The notes under the pieces: generated by a model
Databases searched by the model: none
Seen by the model: only the letters and a program-made list of their open reading frames with translations
Told to the model about the DNA's origin: nothing
Part shown: positions 23,253-64,000 of the stretch, one piece after another
Layout of the letters: the number at the start of each line of letters is the position of its first letter
Numbering within the stretch: the stretch's first letter is position 1
Program-made: the position numbers and the translations under genes
Assembly (NCBI GenBank): GCA_012295275.1
Contig: CM022665.1
Coordinates: forward strand, 48,794,001-48,858,000
DNA length: 64,000 nt
Reading direction: 5' to 3'
Source: Chrysomallon squamiferum
Taxonomy: Eukaryota > Animalia > Mollusca

Positions 23253-26200
23253 CTGATGCTCTTAAAACAGGGCACAGTTTTATTTAATACAGGGTCCGGC
23301 TCTAATATGTCTAATCGTATGTTTCTACAAAACAAAGAAAGCTGCAATGAATGTTATGAAAATGGACAGAATGTCTAAGATGGACAAGAGCAATGGACAG
23401 CATGTTTGATATGTACAGAAGTCAGGGAGATGTACAGCAGACACGGACAGCATGAAAAGAGACTCACTGATTGCGATATCATTTATAAAATGCTGATACT
23501 ATCTGCCGAATGAAAAATATAAAATTCTGAGAAAAGTTATTCGATAACTCTGAAGACGTTTTAGAACTAATATCCTGTGTACCAGTCTCTGCCTTAATTT
23601 TTATGTACTTAAACTTTCAAGGGCTTGTTAATTAAGATCAAACATACCACAACGATCTCCAATCCACGATCCGTTACACACACAAGCATCGCAAGCAGCA
23701 TTACGAGTTCCGTGATCACCACACGTCATGTTACAAAACTCTGCCACAGAACAGAAAATACTAATCACAATACAAAGCGAAGATTCCTTGTGCAAAACTG
23801 ATTAAGTTGGTATACGTTGTGTTAAAAATCTACACGTGTAAAATAAAATAGTTTAAGTTATAGTGAGATTTGTGATATTGAGATTTATTTAAGATATAGT
23901 GAGATTTGTGATATTGAGATTTATTTAAGATATAGTGAGATTTGTGATATTGAGATTTATTTAAGATATAGTGAGATTTGTGATATTGAGATTTATTTAA
24001 GATATAGTGAGATTTGTGATATTGAGATTTATTTAAGATATAGTGAGATTTGTGATATTGAGATTTATTTAAGATATAGTGAGATTTGTGATATTGAGAT
24101 TTATTTAAGATATCGTGAGATTTGTGATATTGAGATTTATTTAAGTTATAGTGAGATTTGTGATATTGAGATTTATTATAAAAGTAAATAGCTATTGTAA
24201 TAGTGAAAGTTGTTACAACAGTAAACAGACAGTAATTTTAAGATTTGTTATAACAGTAAATATATATTGTGATTGTAAGATCTGTTATAATAGTAAACAG
24301 ATATTGTGATATGAGGTTTGTATTAAAAGTAAACAAATATTTTGATAGTGAGATTTGTTATAAAAAGTAAATAGTTTATAAAAGTAAACAGTTTAGTGAA
24401 ATGCATTATAAGATATCTACTGACCTCTGATAGTTTAAAAGACTATGAGTTCAGTATGTTGTATAACTTAGTTAATATTATATATATTTTATGTTATCGT
24501 ATTTACCACATTCAGATCCTTTCCAGTTACCAGCACATGAACAAGTACAACCTGTCACATGAGACTGGTCATCGCCTTCTGCAATAAATATAAACATTCA
24601 GATTATTTATTTGAATATGGCTGTGCAAATAGTTTTATAACTATAAAACATACACTACAGTAAAGCTTAGTTTTGGTGGTCGAACGAATATCCTATGTAT
24701 ACATACATATATATATATATCTTTGTTGTCTTTTGTACTTCCAAGTTACAAAAATAAAGGGTTTTTCAGATTGATCATCACAAACGACAGAGCATGTTCT
24801 CGTCTACTTCAGTGTACAAAACACATACTTACAGGGATATGTTATATAAGGCTGCCTTTGTGGCCTGAAGCCTTTCAGATTTTCCATTTTAGTTGCATTG
24901 TGTTCATTTTAGTTGTAAAACATTGCAGTTACATTGTGTTCAGTGTACTTATAAACGTTGAAGATATATTGTGTTCAGTGTAGTTATAAAACATTGTAGA
25001 TACAAAACATTGTTATTATTTTGTGTTCAGTGTAGTTATAAAGAATTATAGCTATATTTTGTTCAATGTAGTTATAAAACATTGTAGTTATAAAGAATTA
25101 TAGTTATATTTTTTCACTTGTCATGTTAACTAAAATCTTTAGTCTTTCTTATATTACTTGGAAATGTCACTCACTACAATATCGTTTTGCATTCTGTTTG
25201 CCTCCATTTTGACACGTGATGTTGCATAGTTCTGAGATAAGAGAAAAGTAGAATTCGTGTATCAGACTAAACTGTATTTTTTAAACTCATAATAACTGTT
25301 ATTTAAAAGATACAAACATCATTGTGGACATATTTTACAAAAGAATGACGCTGTATACAAATGTGATGGTTTTTTTTGTGACTAAAGGGAAGTTTATCAT
25401 GTACAAATTAAAAAAAAAAAAAAAAAAAAAATTTGCGATTATAACATCACTGACTTCATAAGACCTAAAACAAAACTTTAGTCCATATAATGTTACTGGT
25501 GAAATGAGAAACTATAACTACAATGTTAGTGAAATGACAACTACAACATTATTTTAAATCACAGCTACAGGTTTAACTAAGTTACAAATCCCACGTTAAT
25601 TAAATGACAACACCAACATTGCTGAACCTTAAAAAATTCATAACAAGAACGAAAGTTAAAACAGTACTTAACATTATTGAAATTACAAATTTACATCAAA
25701 TATCAGCCATACATTTCTGAAACTTCAATAATATTACAATAATAGATTTACTGAAATCAAAACTGTAGTATTACGGTAATTACGTATAAAATAATTGTTA
25801 CTTACCACAGAATGTTCCTGTCCAAGGGTTGACACAGCTACACCTAGTACATTCACCATTAATAGTCCCACCATTCAAACAGGCAACACCACAGATATTA
25901 TCTGAGACAGTAACATACAATACATTGACTCTGGTTTTAAATAATATACAATATTATAACAGTTTGTGTATACGTTGTTTTAAATAATATACAATATTAT
26001 ATAAGTTTGTGTACACGTTGTTTAAACAATATAGTGTTATATTAGTTTGTGTACAAGTTGTCTAATATAACATACAGTGTTATACCGGTTTGTGTACACG
26101 TTGTTTTAAATAATACACAGTGATATACTAGTTTGTGTACACTTTTTAAATAATACACAGTGATATACTAGTTTGTGTACACTTTTTAAATAATACACAG

Positions 26201-27598
26201 TGATATACTAGTTTGTGTACACTTTTTAAACAATATACAGTGTTGTACCAGTTTGTGTACACGTTGTTTTAAATAATATACAGTGATATACTAGTTTGTG
26301 TACACTTTTTAAACAATATACAGTGTTGTACCAGTTTGTGTACACGTTGTTTTAAATAATATACAATATTATACCAGTTTGTGTATACGTTGTTTTAAAC
26401 AACATCCAGTGTTATACTAGTTTGTGTACACGTTGTTTTAAATAATATACAACAGTATGGTAGATTGTGTACAGCTTTTAAATATTATACAGAATTATAC
26501 CAGTTTGTGTACACGTTTTTCAAATAATATACAATATTACAGTGGTTCGGGTACAGCTTTTAAATAATATACAGTTTTATACCAGTTTGTGTACACGTTT
26601 TTTAAATACTATACAGTGTAATACCAGTTAGTGTACACGTTTTTTAAATACTATACAGTTTTATACCAGTTAGTGTACACGTTTTTTAAATACTATACAG
26701 TTTTATACCAGTTAGTGTACACGTTTTTTAAATACTATACAGTTTTATACCAGTTTGTGTACACGTTTTTCAAATAATATACAGTTTTATACCAGTTTGT
26801 GTACACGTTTTTTAAATACTATACAGTTTTATACCAGTTAGTGTACACGTTTTTACGTTGTGTAGCGTAATCACAGCGTTTTAATATTTATGTAAAATTT
26901 AGTACAGCAGATAACAGTGGACAAGAATGGGTTTCTGATGTATACACATTACACGACTGTCAACACTTACCCTGAGGACAGGACTTTGCAAAAAATTGTA
27001 TTACACTGTTTCTCTCAACGTAGGTAAGGTTTTTATGCAGAAGACAAAGAGGTATGGCATACTCTCCCGCTGTGCATTGTGGGTCAGCAGTACACTTCCT
27101 CTTGCATTCATCCAAGCTGTTTACTGTGCTAGTGTCTAATGTGACCTCAGGACAGCCTGCAATTTGCTTTTCGTCGACGTACGTGTTGCAAACTCCACCT
27201 AGTTTAATATTTGAAACATATCTCATTTGTATTACGAAATAAAGCGACTTTTATTTCTAAAGTTAACTTGTTAACATGCTAAAAATCATCAAAATCAGAA
27301 AGTTACGGACTAGAATTATGAAGTAAGTTACTGACTTGGAAGTAACATTATTACTGAACCAAAAATAAATAATATTCGCTACAAGAGCCAAGCAACAAAC
27401 AAACACCAATCCTTATATACATAAGAAAGGTAGAAAACGAACAAAATCTGTTAGAATGAGCAGAAAAAAGGAAAATAATAAAATAATAATAATAATAATA
27501 ATAATAATTTAAAGAATACAGTCACCTCTCTTTTGCTTGAAAATGCTGCCAACCACGAACGGCAGACATAAGGTGAAGAAGAAAATGTTGAAATTCAT
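21715..27598 (-). CDS. Copy C: secreted Cys-rich modular protein, 331 aa, with one extra EGF exon; exons 27598-27526, 27198-26971, 25901-25806, 24578-24507, 23740-23648, 23076-22984, 22613-22515, 22309-22199, 21845-21715
   Basis: GT-AG phase-1 introns give a 996-nt open frame. It reads MNFNIFFFTLCLPFVVGSIFKQKR (hydrophobic signal peptide then KR), the PAN-like exon GGVCNTY...NSLDECKRKCTADPQCTAGEY...FAKSCPQ (ORF track 26960-27226), EGF exons, a ShK-like exon ending CSKTCGTC, and a terminal exon identical to that of copy B. Confidence 0.85.
23858..24178 (+). repeat. 36-bp minisatellite (TATAGTGAGATTTGTGATATTGAGATTTATTTAAGA) in a copy C intron
   Basis: About 9 near-perfect units. Confidence 0.95.
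25935..26855 (-). repeat. 36-39-bp minisatellite in intron 2 of copy C (same family as 11020-11430)
   Basis: CCAGTTTGTGTACACGTTGTTTTAAATAATATACAG-like units; reverse complement of the copy B array. Confidence 0.9.
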
Positions 27599-27784
27599 TT
27601 TGAAATGAAGCTCTGAATATTTGTCCTTTGATTTATAGATCAGAAAAGTGCTTAGATTTGTTTGTAAATCTGCACAAATTAGTTTGGCAGCTGTTACAGC
27701 ATTGATGCATAATAAATGTTACATTTAAAAAATAAAAATAAGTCTTGACACATATGGTGTGCGTGTGTTAGTGCACGTTTGTGC

Positions 27785-27825
<41 letters not shown>

Positions 27826-28145
27826 TGTGTGTGTGTTATGCCGAGCTTTTTAAGAGGGTGTGCTGGTAGAATGCAGCTAATTCTTTGGACTTTATTTTGT
27901 CGCTGTCCTATTATCAGAACAATATTTGATATGTTTTCGTGTGTGTGCGTGTGCGTTTGTGTTAATGTGACAGTAAGAAAAAAGTAAATAAAACAAAGAA
28001 AAAACGTTTGATCACTTCTATGTTGATAATGACACGAGTACTAATATATATGTAGAAAAGTATATCATAAAGAGAAGAATATATGTAAGCTTTACAGACA
28101 ACTGTACTATGAAAAGTATGTTATATAGACATATATTTGTAGATA

Positions 28146-28990
28146 AGTATATTATACAGACAAGTGTAGTGTGTAAAAAGTATATTATACAGACAAGTGT
28201 AGTATGTAAAAAGTATATTATACAGACAAATGTAGTATGTAAAAAGTATATTATACAGACAAGTGTAGTGTGTAAAAAGTATATTATACAGACAAGTGTA
28301 GTGTGTAAAAAGTATATTATACAGACAAGTGTAGTATGTAAAAAGTATATTATACAGACAAGTGTAGTATGTAAAAAGTATATTATACAGACAAGTGTAG
28401 TGTGTAAAAAGTATATTATACAGACAAGTGTAGTGTGTAAAAAGTATATTATACAGACAAGTGTATGTGTAAAAGATATTATACAGACAAGTGTAGTGTG
28501 TAAAAAGTATATTAAAAAAAGTATATTATACAGACAAGTGTAGTATGTAAAAGTATATTATACAGACAAGTGTAGTATGTAAAAAGTATATTATACAGAC
28601 AAGTGTAGTGTGTAAAAGTATATTATACAGACAAGTGTAGTGTGTAAAAAGTATATTATACAGACAAGTGTAGTGTGTAAAAAAGTATATTATACAGACA
28701 AGTGTAGTGTGTAAAAAGTATATTATACAGACAAGTGTAGTGTGTAAAAAGTATATTATACAGACAAGTGTAGTGTGTAAAAAGTATATTATACAGACAA
28801 GTGTAGTGTGTAAAAAGTATATTATACAGACAAGTGTAGTGTGTAAAAAGTATATTATACAGACAAGTGTAGTGTGTAAAAAGTATATTATACAGACAAG
28901 TGTAGTGTGTAAAAAGTATATTATACAGACAAGTGTAGTGTGTAAAAAGTATATTATACAGACAAGTGTAGTAGGTAAAAAGTATATTAG
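28146..28990 (+). repeat. 33-bp minisatellite upstream of copy C
   Basis: AAGTATATTATACAGACAAGTGTAGTGTGTAAA, about 25 units; produces the KKYIIQTSVVC ORFs. Confidence 0.95.
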
Positions 28991-29379
28991 CACAGTTGTA
29001 TGATAGTATTCATTAATAGTTCGTATCTTCAGCGTGAATAATATGAGCATACCAAGTCTGGAATATGTTTCATAAAAAAATAAAAAATATGTCATTTAGA
29101 AAAATTAATAGACTCGAGTAATCAATCTGAATTTTCAATTAAAAATTAAATAAATAAACAAAATAATTATTTTTACTAAAAAAAAAATGTCGATGATAAA
29201 ATATGAATGTTAATTTATTTAAAGAGTTTTAAAAGGATAATAAATTTTGAAGATTTTAAGAAGAAAAGAAATACACATTCAAGTATGCAAAGAATAAAAT
29301 AAAATGAAAACAACCAAATTTATTTATTTATTTTACTTTTAGACCAAATTTTTAAAGAGGATTTCAGCATTCATTTTAA

Positions 29380-31100
29380 ATGTTTAGCAGAGCTGTCATC
29401 AAGTGTGTCTGTTGTACAAAAACGATCTTATCATGTACTACCTGGCGTGATACAAAATTCAATACACCACAGCTTGCTTTTCCATTTTCTCAACAACACA
29501 AAACATCGTTTTATCTAAAAATATTAACTTGTTCAGGTTGTTTTATGGATATGACAAGCGTGATATGAAACAATAATTTGAAAATTCACAACATATATTG
29601 TCAGTTTGTATCACGAAAGATATACATTTAACTTCAGTTAATTCAGCTGTTTGGTAACAAACAAGAAGGTGTTAAAAAAAAAGACAGTATATTAAACAAA
29701 TGCAGTCAGTGTCATCAAGTATGAATCTAGCTCAAACACGATGTTATCATCTACCACCTGATGTCATAAAAACTGAAATAAACCCAGAGCTTGACTTTTC
29801 ATTTTCTGAACTGCATAGAACAGAGAAATTTCAAAAATTATTAATTTCTTCAGTTTGTTTTATGGATATGACAAACACGAAATAAAACAATCATTTGGGA
29901 ACTTTACAAATACGTCGTCAGTTTGTAAACCTGCATAAATACGTTTAAGCTGCAGTTAATTCTTTAAATAAGAAATGTATAGCAATTTTGTGAACAAACT
30001 CAACGAACTTGTTGGTATTAAAGAAAGAAAGAAAAAAAACCCAGAACAAAACAAAATATTAAATAAATGTCAGCTTTATCAACAGTGAATCAAGTACAAA
30101 CACGATGTTATCATCTACCAGCTGGCGTGATACAAAATTCAGTACACTTCAGCTTGCTTTTCCACTTTCTCAACCACACCACGCATCGTTTTATTTGTTT
30201 AAAAGCTCCAAATAACAGTGGTCAAGATATGGTATTAGTAAATATTCAAAAATTAACAGCTGCTTAGTACATACAGAGAACTAATAAATATCATATTAAT
30301 ATAGCTTCCGTACACAACTGCTGTTAGTCAACAAATAACAATAACAACAACAACAACAACAACAATAAAAATAATAATAATGATAATAATAATAATGAAT
30401 TAATTAGTTAATTAATTGATTAAATAATCAATTATAGAAATGAAATAAAAAGTGGTCAGTGTCATCAAGCATGAATCTGGTACAAACACGATGTTATTAT
30501 CTACTGTCTGATGTGATACGAACAGAAATAAAGCTGCAACCTGACTTTTGATTTTCTGAACTGCCGAGAACATGTATTTATCTAGAACTGTTAATTTGTT
30601 CAGTTTGTTCTATGGTTATAACAAACACGAAATAAAACAATCATTGAGAAATTTACAAACACATTGCCAGTTTTTACATCCGCGGATATACATATATAGA
30701 ACAACAAAAAATACGTTGTCACCTTCATCACGTGTGAATCAAGTACACGATGTTATCATCTACCACCAATGTGAAACAAAATTAAATAAAGCTACAGCAT
30801 GTTAATATAGGGTGCACATGAAATTAAAAACACTTTTCTGTTAAAAGTTTAAATGTTATCTATATTTAAGCTGCTGTCATTTACCGTTTCCTACAAATAT
30901 TGACTCGTATACATGCACTGTATAAGCAAACATAAGTAATCTCACAGGCATATTTTGTTCTGTTAAAATTATTTAATTTATATAATATAATACTGATAAA
31001 TTCTGTTACCATGAAATGCATAACTGTACACTAAAAACAAAAAATATTCTGAAACATTAATAAATATGTAAAAAAATGTGTTTTATTTTAGAACTGTTTA

Positions 31101-31135
<35 letters not shown>

Positions 31136-31414
31136 AGCTTAGCTTTTTAACATTCTTCGACTTATTTAAACAAAATTTTTAAATATTGATTTCTTTTCAT
31201 CTCTTGAAAATACATTTCCAGTTCTGACTTACAAAGACTCGCATGCTGATCTTAACAGTAAGTCTGAACATGGATTTCTTTTCATCTTTTTTGTAGTAAT
31301 AGTTGTCAAGATGTGGTATTACTAAACAGAAAATTAACAGCTGTTTAATACGTACACACAACTAATAAATATCATATAAATATAGATTACATATGTAACA
31401 GTTGTTAGTCAACA

Positions 31415-31492
<78 letters not shown>

Positions 31493-31750
31493 AAGAAGAA
31501 GAAGAAGACGGAATTTATTAAATCAAATAAAGAAACCAAATAATAAAATAAAATAAAATAAAATAAAACGTTTTATTTAACAAAGCTAGGTGAGCGTCAC
31601 CAAGAATGAATGTGATAAAAATACAGTTTTTTCATCTACCATCTGATGCGAAACAAAACTGAACAAAGCTACAGCTTGACTTTTCTGAAGTCCAGATAAC
31701 ATCGATTTTACCATCTAGTACCTGAAGTGATGCAAATTGGAATAAAACAA
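29380..31750 (-). repeat. Inverted paralog of the upstream module region of copy B
   Basis: Repeated CGATGTTATCATCTACC..CTGATGTGATA units; 31145-31280 is the reverse complement of 6310-6445. Confidence 0.7.
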
Positions 31751-32354
31751 CTACGAATACAATAATGATAATATTATATTATAAATAAACATTGTCTTTG
31801 TTCTTCTGTAGGCAGATTTCTTTGGTTCTGCGAATGGTTGACGTCCATGGCTGGACATCGACGTCCGTGAGCTACACCATCTTCTCGTGTGTAGCAGTGA
31901 GTCGTGGAACAAGCACGGAACATGATGCAGCTGACAATTTGTATTTTTTTGTAATGTTAAACTCACTTAAAAGCTGACGGTAACTTTTATTCATACCAAG
32001 AGCAAAGATTCGTTGTCTGGCCTTTGCGGTATTCCCTAGGTATACATTATTACAACAATAATAATATATAAACAGTGGCAGTACTAAGATATGGCACCTC
32101 TGAACGAACTGTGGATGCGATTTAAAGAGGGCGCCACTGAACACTTTCTACTAAACTTGACTGGTGTTTTTCAGCTTATTTCTATGGAAAGGTTACCTGA
32201 ATAACGTGTCAGATGTCTGATCAGAGACGTAATTTCATTGCTTCCCTTAGACACTATTTTCCGTAGTTATAGCCCAGCTTATAAAGTAAATAAATAAATA
32301 AATAAAAACTAATAATAATAATACAAAATATATTCAACTGTATAACTGTAACAC

Positions 32355-32558
32355 CTCTACCTGTTGGTGCCCCGCAGACTTCAGTTCAATAATCTGGATT
32401 ATTGTTTTTTAATGATTTTCACATAACGACCTGCTTTTTTCTGCCGGCAATCAATAGCATCTGTTGTCCAGATTCGGGTAGCGTCTTTGCACAGTGTATC
32501 GTTATCAGATGTCCTTGACGGGATTAGAACCAGGACAAAGCTCAAGCGGAGAACAGAC
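32355..32558 (-). pseudogene. Possible degenerate exon resembling the C-terminal part of an F-type (fucolectin-like) domain
   Basis: Acceptor (T)nAAATCGTAG, then ...TLCKDATRIWTTDAIDCRQKKAGRYVKIIKKQ*, then EVCGAPT and a GT donor. The C....GRYV.I...EV pattern is only suggestive. Confidence 0.25.
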
Positions 32559-33732
32559 CTACGATTTAAAAAAAAAAAAAAAAAAAAAAAAGTATTAAAT
32601 ATGTGTTATACATACAGACGGAAACACACACACACAAAACGTCGTCAAACTTACTTACAAATACATACACACACAAAGATAAATATAGATACACATAGAG
32701 AATATATATATATATATATATATATACATACAACATCATCAGGATATAATTATATAGATAATTTAACCATATATATCTGTATATGTCTACCTATCTATAT
32801 ACGAGTATGTGTGTGTAAGTATGTACATGTATATGTAATCTTATATACATATGTGTGTTTATGTGTGTCTCCGTGTGTGTGTGTCTCCGTGTGTGTGTCT
32901 GTGTGTGTGTTTTGAAACTAATGTTTTACTCAACGTCATAAAGACAGCAGGATTGCAATATAGCTGTCTTGTGCTATATTAACGACAAATTAGAAAATAA
33001 GCTAACTGGCTGCTAAGAAGGAATTAACCCGCAATAACAACTCACGTGTCACTATAACTGTTAAAAATTCCGTTTTAAGATTTTTCTTCACTGCATTGAA
33101 ATATGTTCAACAGTCTTCAAATGCACATTGGCTAGTTGAAGAATCACGCATACATTATATCAATATAATAAAGTTAATCGAAAATAATAAAGTTAATTTA
33201 GATTTTAACATTTCTCTCTTTGTATTACTCAGATTACGGCCGGATGAGACAATTAACCAGTGGAGCAGACGACAGGGAATTATTGCCAGGATAAACAAGT
33301 TTATTCCTTAGCTGGTAACAATATTTGGGTTTTTCTTTTTTCCTTTTCTTATATTGCTTTTACTTTACTATTTTATATTTATATATATCACACAAACTCA
33401 TTAGAAGAAAAAAAAAAAATGATTCTCTTTTAAGTTTATATTCCCGTTTCTAGATAACCAAGACACCAAGTTACTAAGTGAAATAATAATTATTTTATTA
33501 AATTAGGTGTTTTTACAAGCGAATGAAAAAAATTACTTATTTAAGCAATATTTGACTGAATATTTTGTTACGTAGAAATCTTTATATTACATATCATAGC
33601 TCCGAAAATAACAAACATTCACCATGAGTAGAGGCATGTTAACTGAAATTATATTTATAGTTGTTTGCAGTTTAATAATAATAAATGTAGTGTAACTTGT
33701 CATTCACAGTTACGTCCCTTGATACTTTAGTT

Positions 33733-33810
33733 GAACCGAAAGTAGAATGTACAAGGAAGCAAAATATGTTTCTTAGAAATCCAAAGATGATGACGTCGAG
33801 CTATAAAGTA
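33733..33810 (+). promoter_or_regulatory. Candidate TRANK1 proximal promoter: IRF-like GAACCGAAAGT, STAT GAS TTCTTAGAA, CRE-like TGACGTC
   Basis: Motifs at 33733-33743, 33770-33778 and 33791-33797, all within 100 nt upstream of the ATG-G micro-exon. These are motif matches only. Confidence 0.4.
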
Positions 33811-33827
33811 TAGAGAAAACAGTGAAA

Positions 33828-63022
<29,195 letters not shown>

Positions 63023-64000
63023 TTAACAGTAATAAGTCTTTACATTCTGAGCTTTTAAATGTTGTTAGTTAAATCTGGAATTATTAGCTACAGTGAGGGG
63101 TTTTCTGGCACATACAAAGTTGTGACATTTTTGTTGCACATTCTGCAGAATCGTAGGTATATTACTTTTGTACATGGTGTAAGTCATAATGTATAAATTA
63201 AATGTTTTATTCTCATCTTAGGTTCAAATGTTTTACATTTTCAGTAGTTTTTGTCAACATTTATATTAGAAAACATTTAAAACTAAATTCTTTGTTTCTA
63301 TTATTATTATTATATTTTTTTTTTTACATTTTTAATTATTAATCAGTGTATCTTAGAAGATATTTATTGCTGGTAATGAACTACAATTTCTTTGTGCCTT
63401 TATATAGGAATGGGCAACATCTTCTGTTTTATATAATAATATTGATTATATGTCATTAAGCTCTAGTAAGTATTCTGATTTATATTATCTTCTTAATCAT
63501 GAGACATTTCATATTATACAACAATAATGTCATGTATGTTGTGTTCAGCAAAAATAATAATGTTTTGGCAAAGGAACTTCATAGAGCAGTATGGATGAAA
63601 TAACAAGAGTAACTGTAATTCTTTGTACATCCGTATATTATTTGTTTTAACATGTTTGAGAAAAATAAAATTTATAAATGTTTTGTATACACAAAGACAG
63701 ATAAAAAAATAAAAGCCTGCTGAATCCACCATACTAATATGATGGAGAATTTTCTCTGACAAAAACTTACATAATTTTATTAGTTTATTTCATATTCATG
63801 TTTTACATTGTGAGAGGTTTTTTGGTAATCACACTTTAAATATAAAATGTATTTTTAAAAAAAAGTGTTTAAATAGTTCTACAAGTTTTTAATTATTTAA
63901 TAGTAATAGAATTATTTTTATATACCTTTGTGGTTTTAATTTTCTGGGTTGAATTTTCATTTTAACAAAATAAAATAACAAATTACCAGGGTTTTCAGTA

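Noticed and set aside
23858-24178. 36-bp direct repeats as a possible CRISPR array (also the 28-39-bp arrays elsewhere)
   Set aside because: Units are head-to-tail with no unique spacers, the context is eukaryotic introns, and there are no cas genes.
28109-29095. ORFs with KKYIIQTSVVC / HTTLVCIIYFL repeats
   Set aside because: Translation of a 33-bp minisatellite; open on both strands only because the unit length is a multiple of 3.
33801-33808. CTATAAAG as the TRANK1 TATA box
   Set aside because: Only about 26 nt upstream of the ATG, which would place the TSS at or after the start codon.

Overview
AT-rich, microsatellite-rich, intron-containing animal genomic DNA (GT-AG introns throughout; probably an invertebrate, possibly a lophotrochozoan, which is inference only). 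The window has two parts. (1) About 0.1-31.8 kb is a local cluster of a small, secreted, Cys-rich gene family built only from phase-1 exons: signal peptide, PAN/apple-like exon, several EGF-like exons, a CX10CXCXC exon, a ShK-toxin-like exon and a cationic 6-Cys tail. The ORF track misses most of it. Two copies look intact and face each other tail-to-tail (B: + 9558-15456, 297 aa; C: - 27598-21715, 331 aa). Copy A (+ 409-3864) is a truncated pseudogene, and D (+ 20450) is an orphan first exon. The PAN exon is about 36% identical between B and C, while the last two exons encode identical peptides. (2) 33828-63022 (+) is a 30-exon TRANK1-like gene of about 3650 aa. It has three tandem TPR+ankyrin modules, a candidate RelE/ParE-fold domain just upstream of a UvrD/SF1 helicase, further TPRs, a CCCH zinc finger, an IQ motif and a C2H2 zinc finger. 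Two apparent 1-nt frameshifts lie in exons 15 and 16. Also present are Tc1-like transposase remnants, a MITE-like element, a decayed copy of a helicase exon inside an intron, and several minisatellites. All gene models were assembled by eye from splice signals and reading frame, and no database searches were run.
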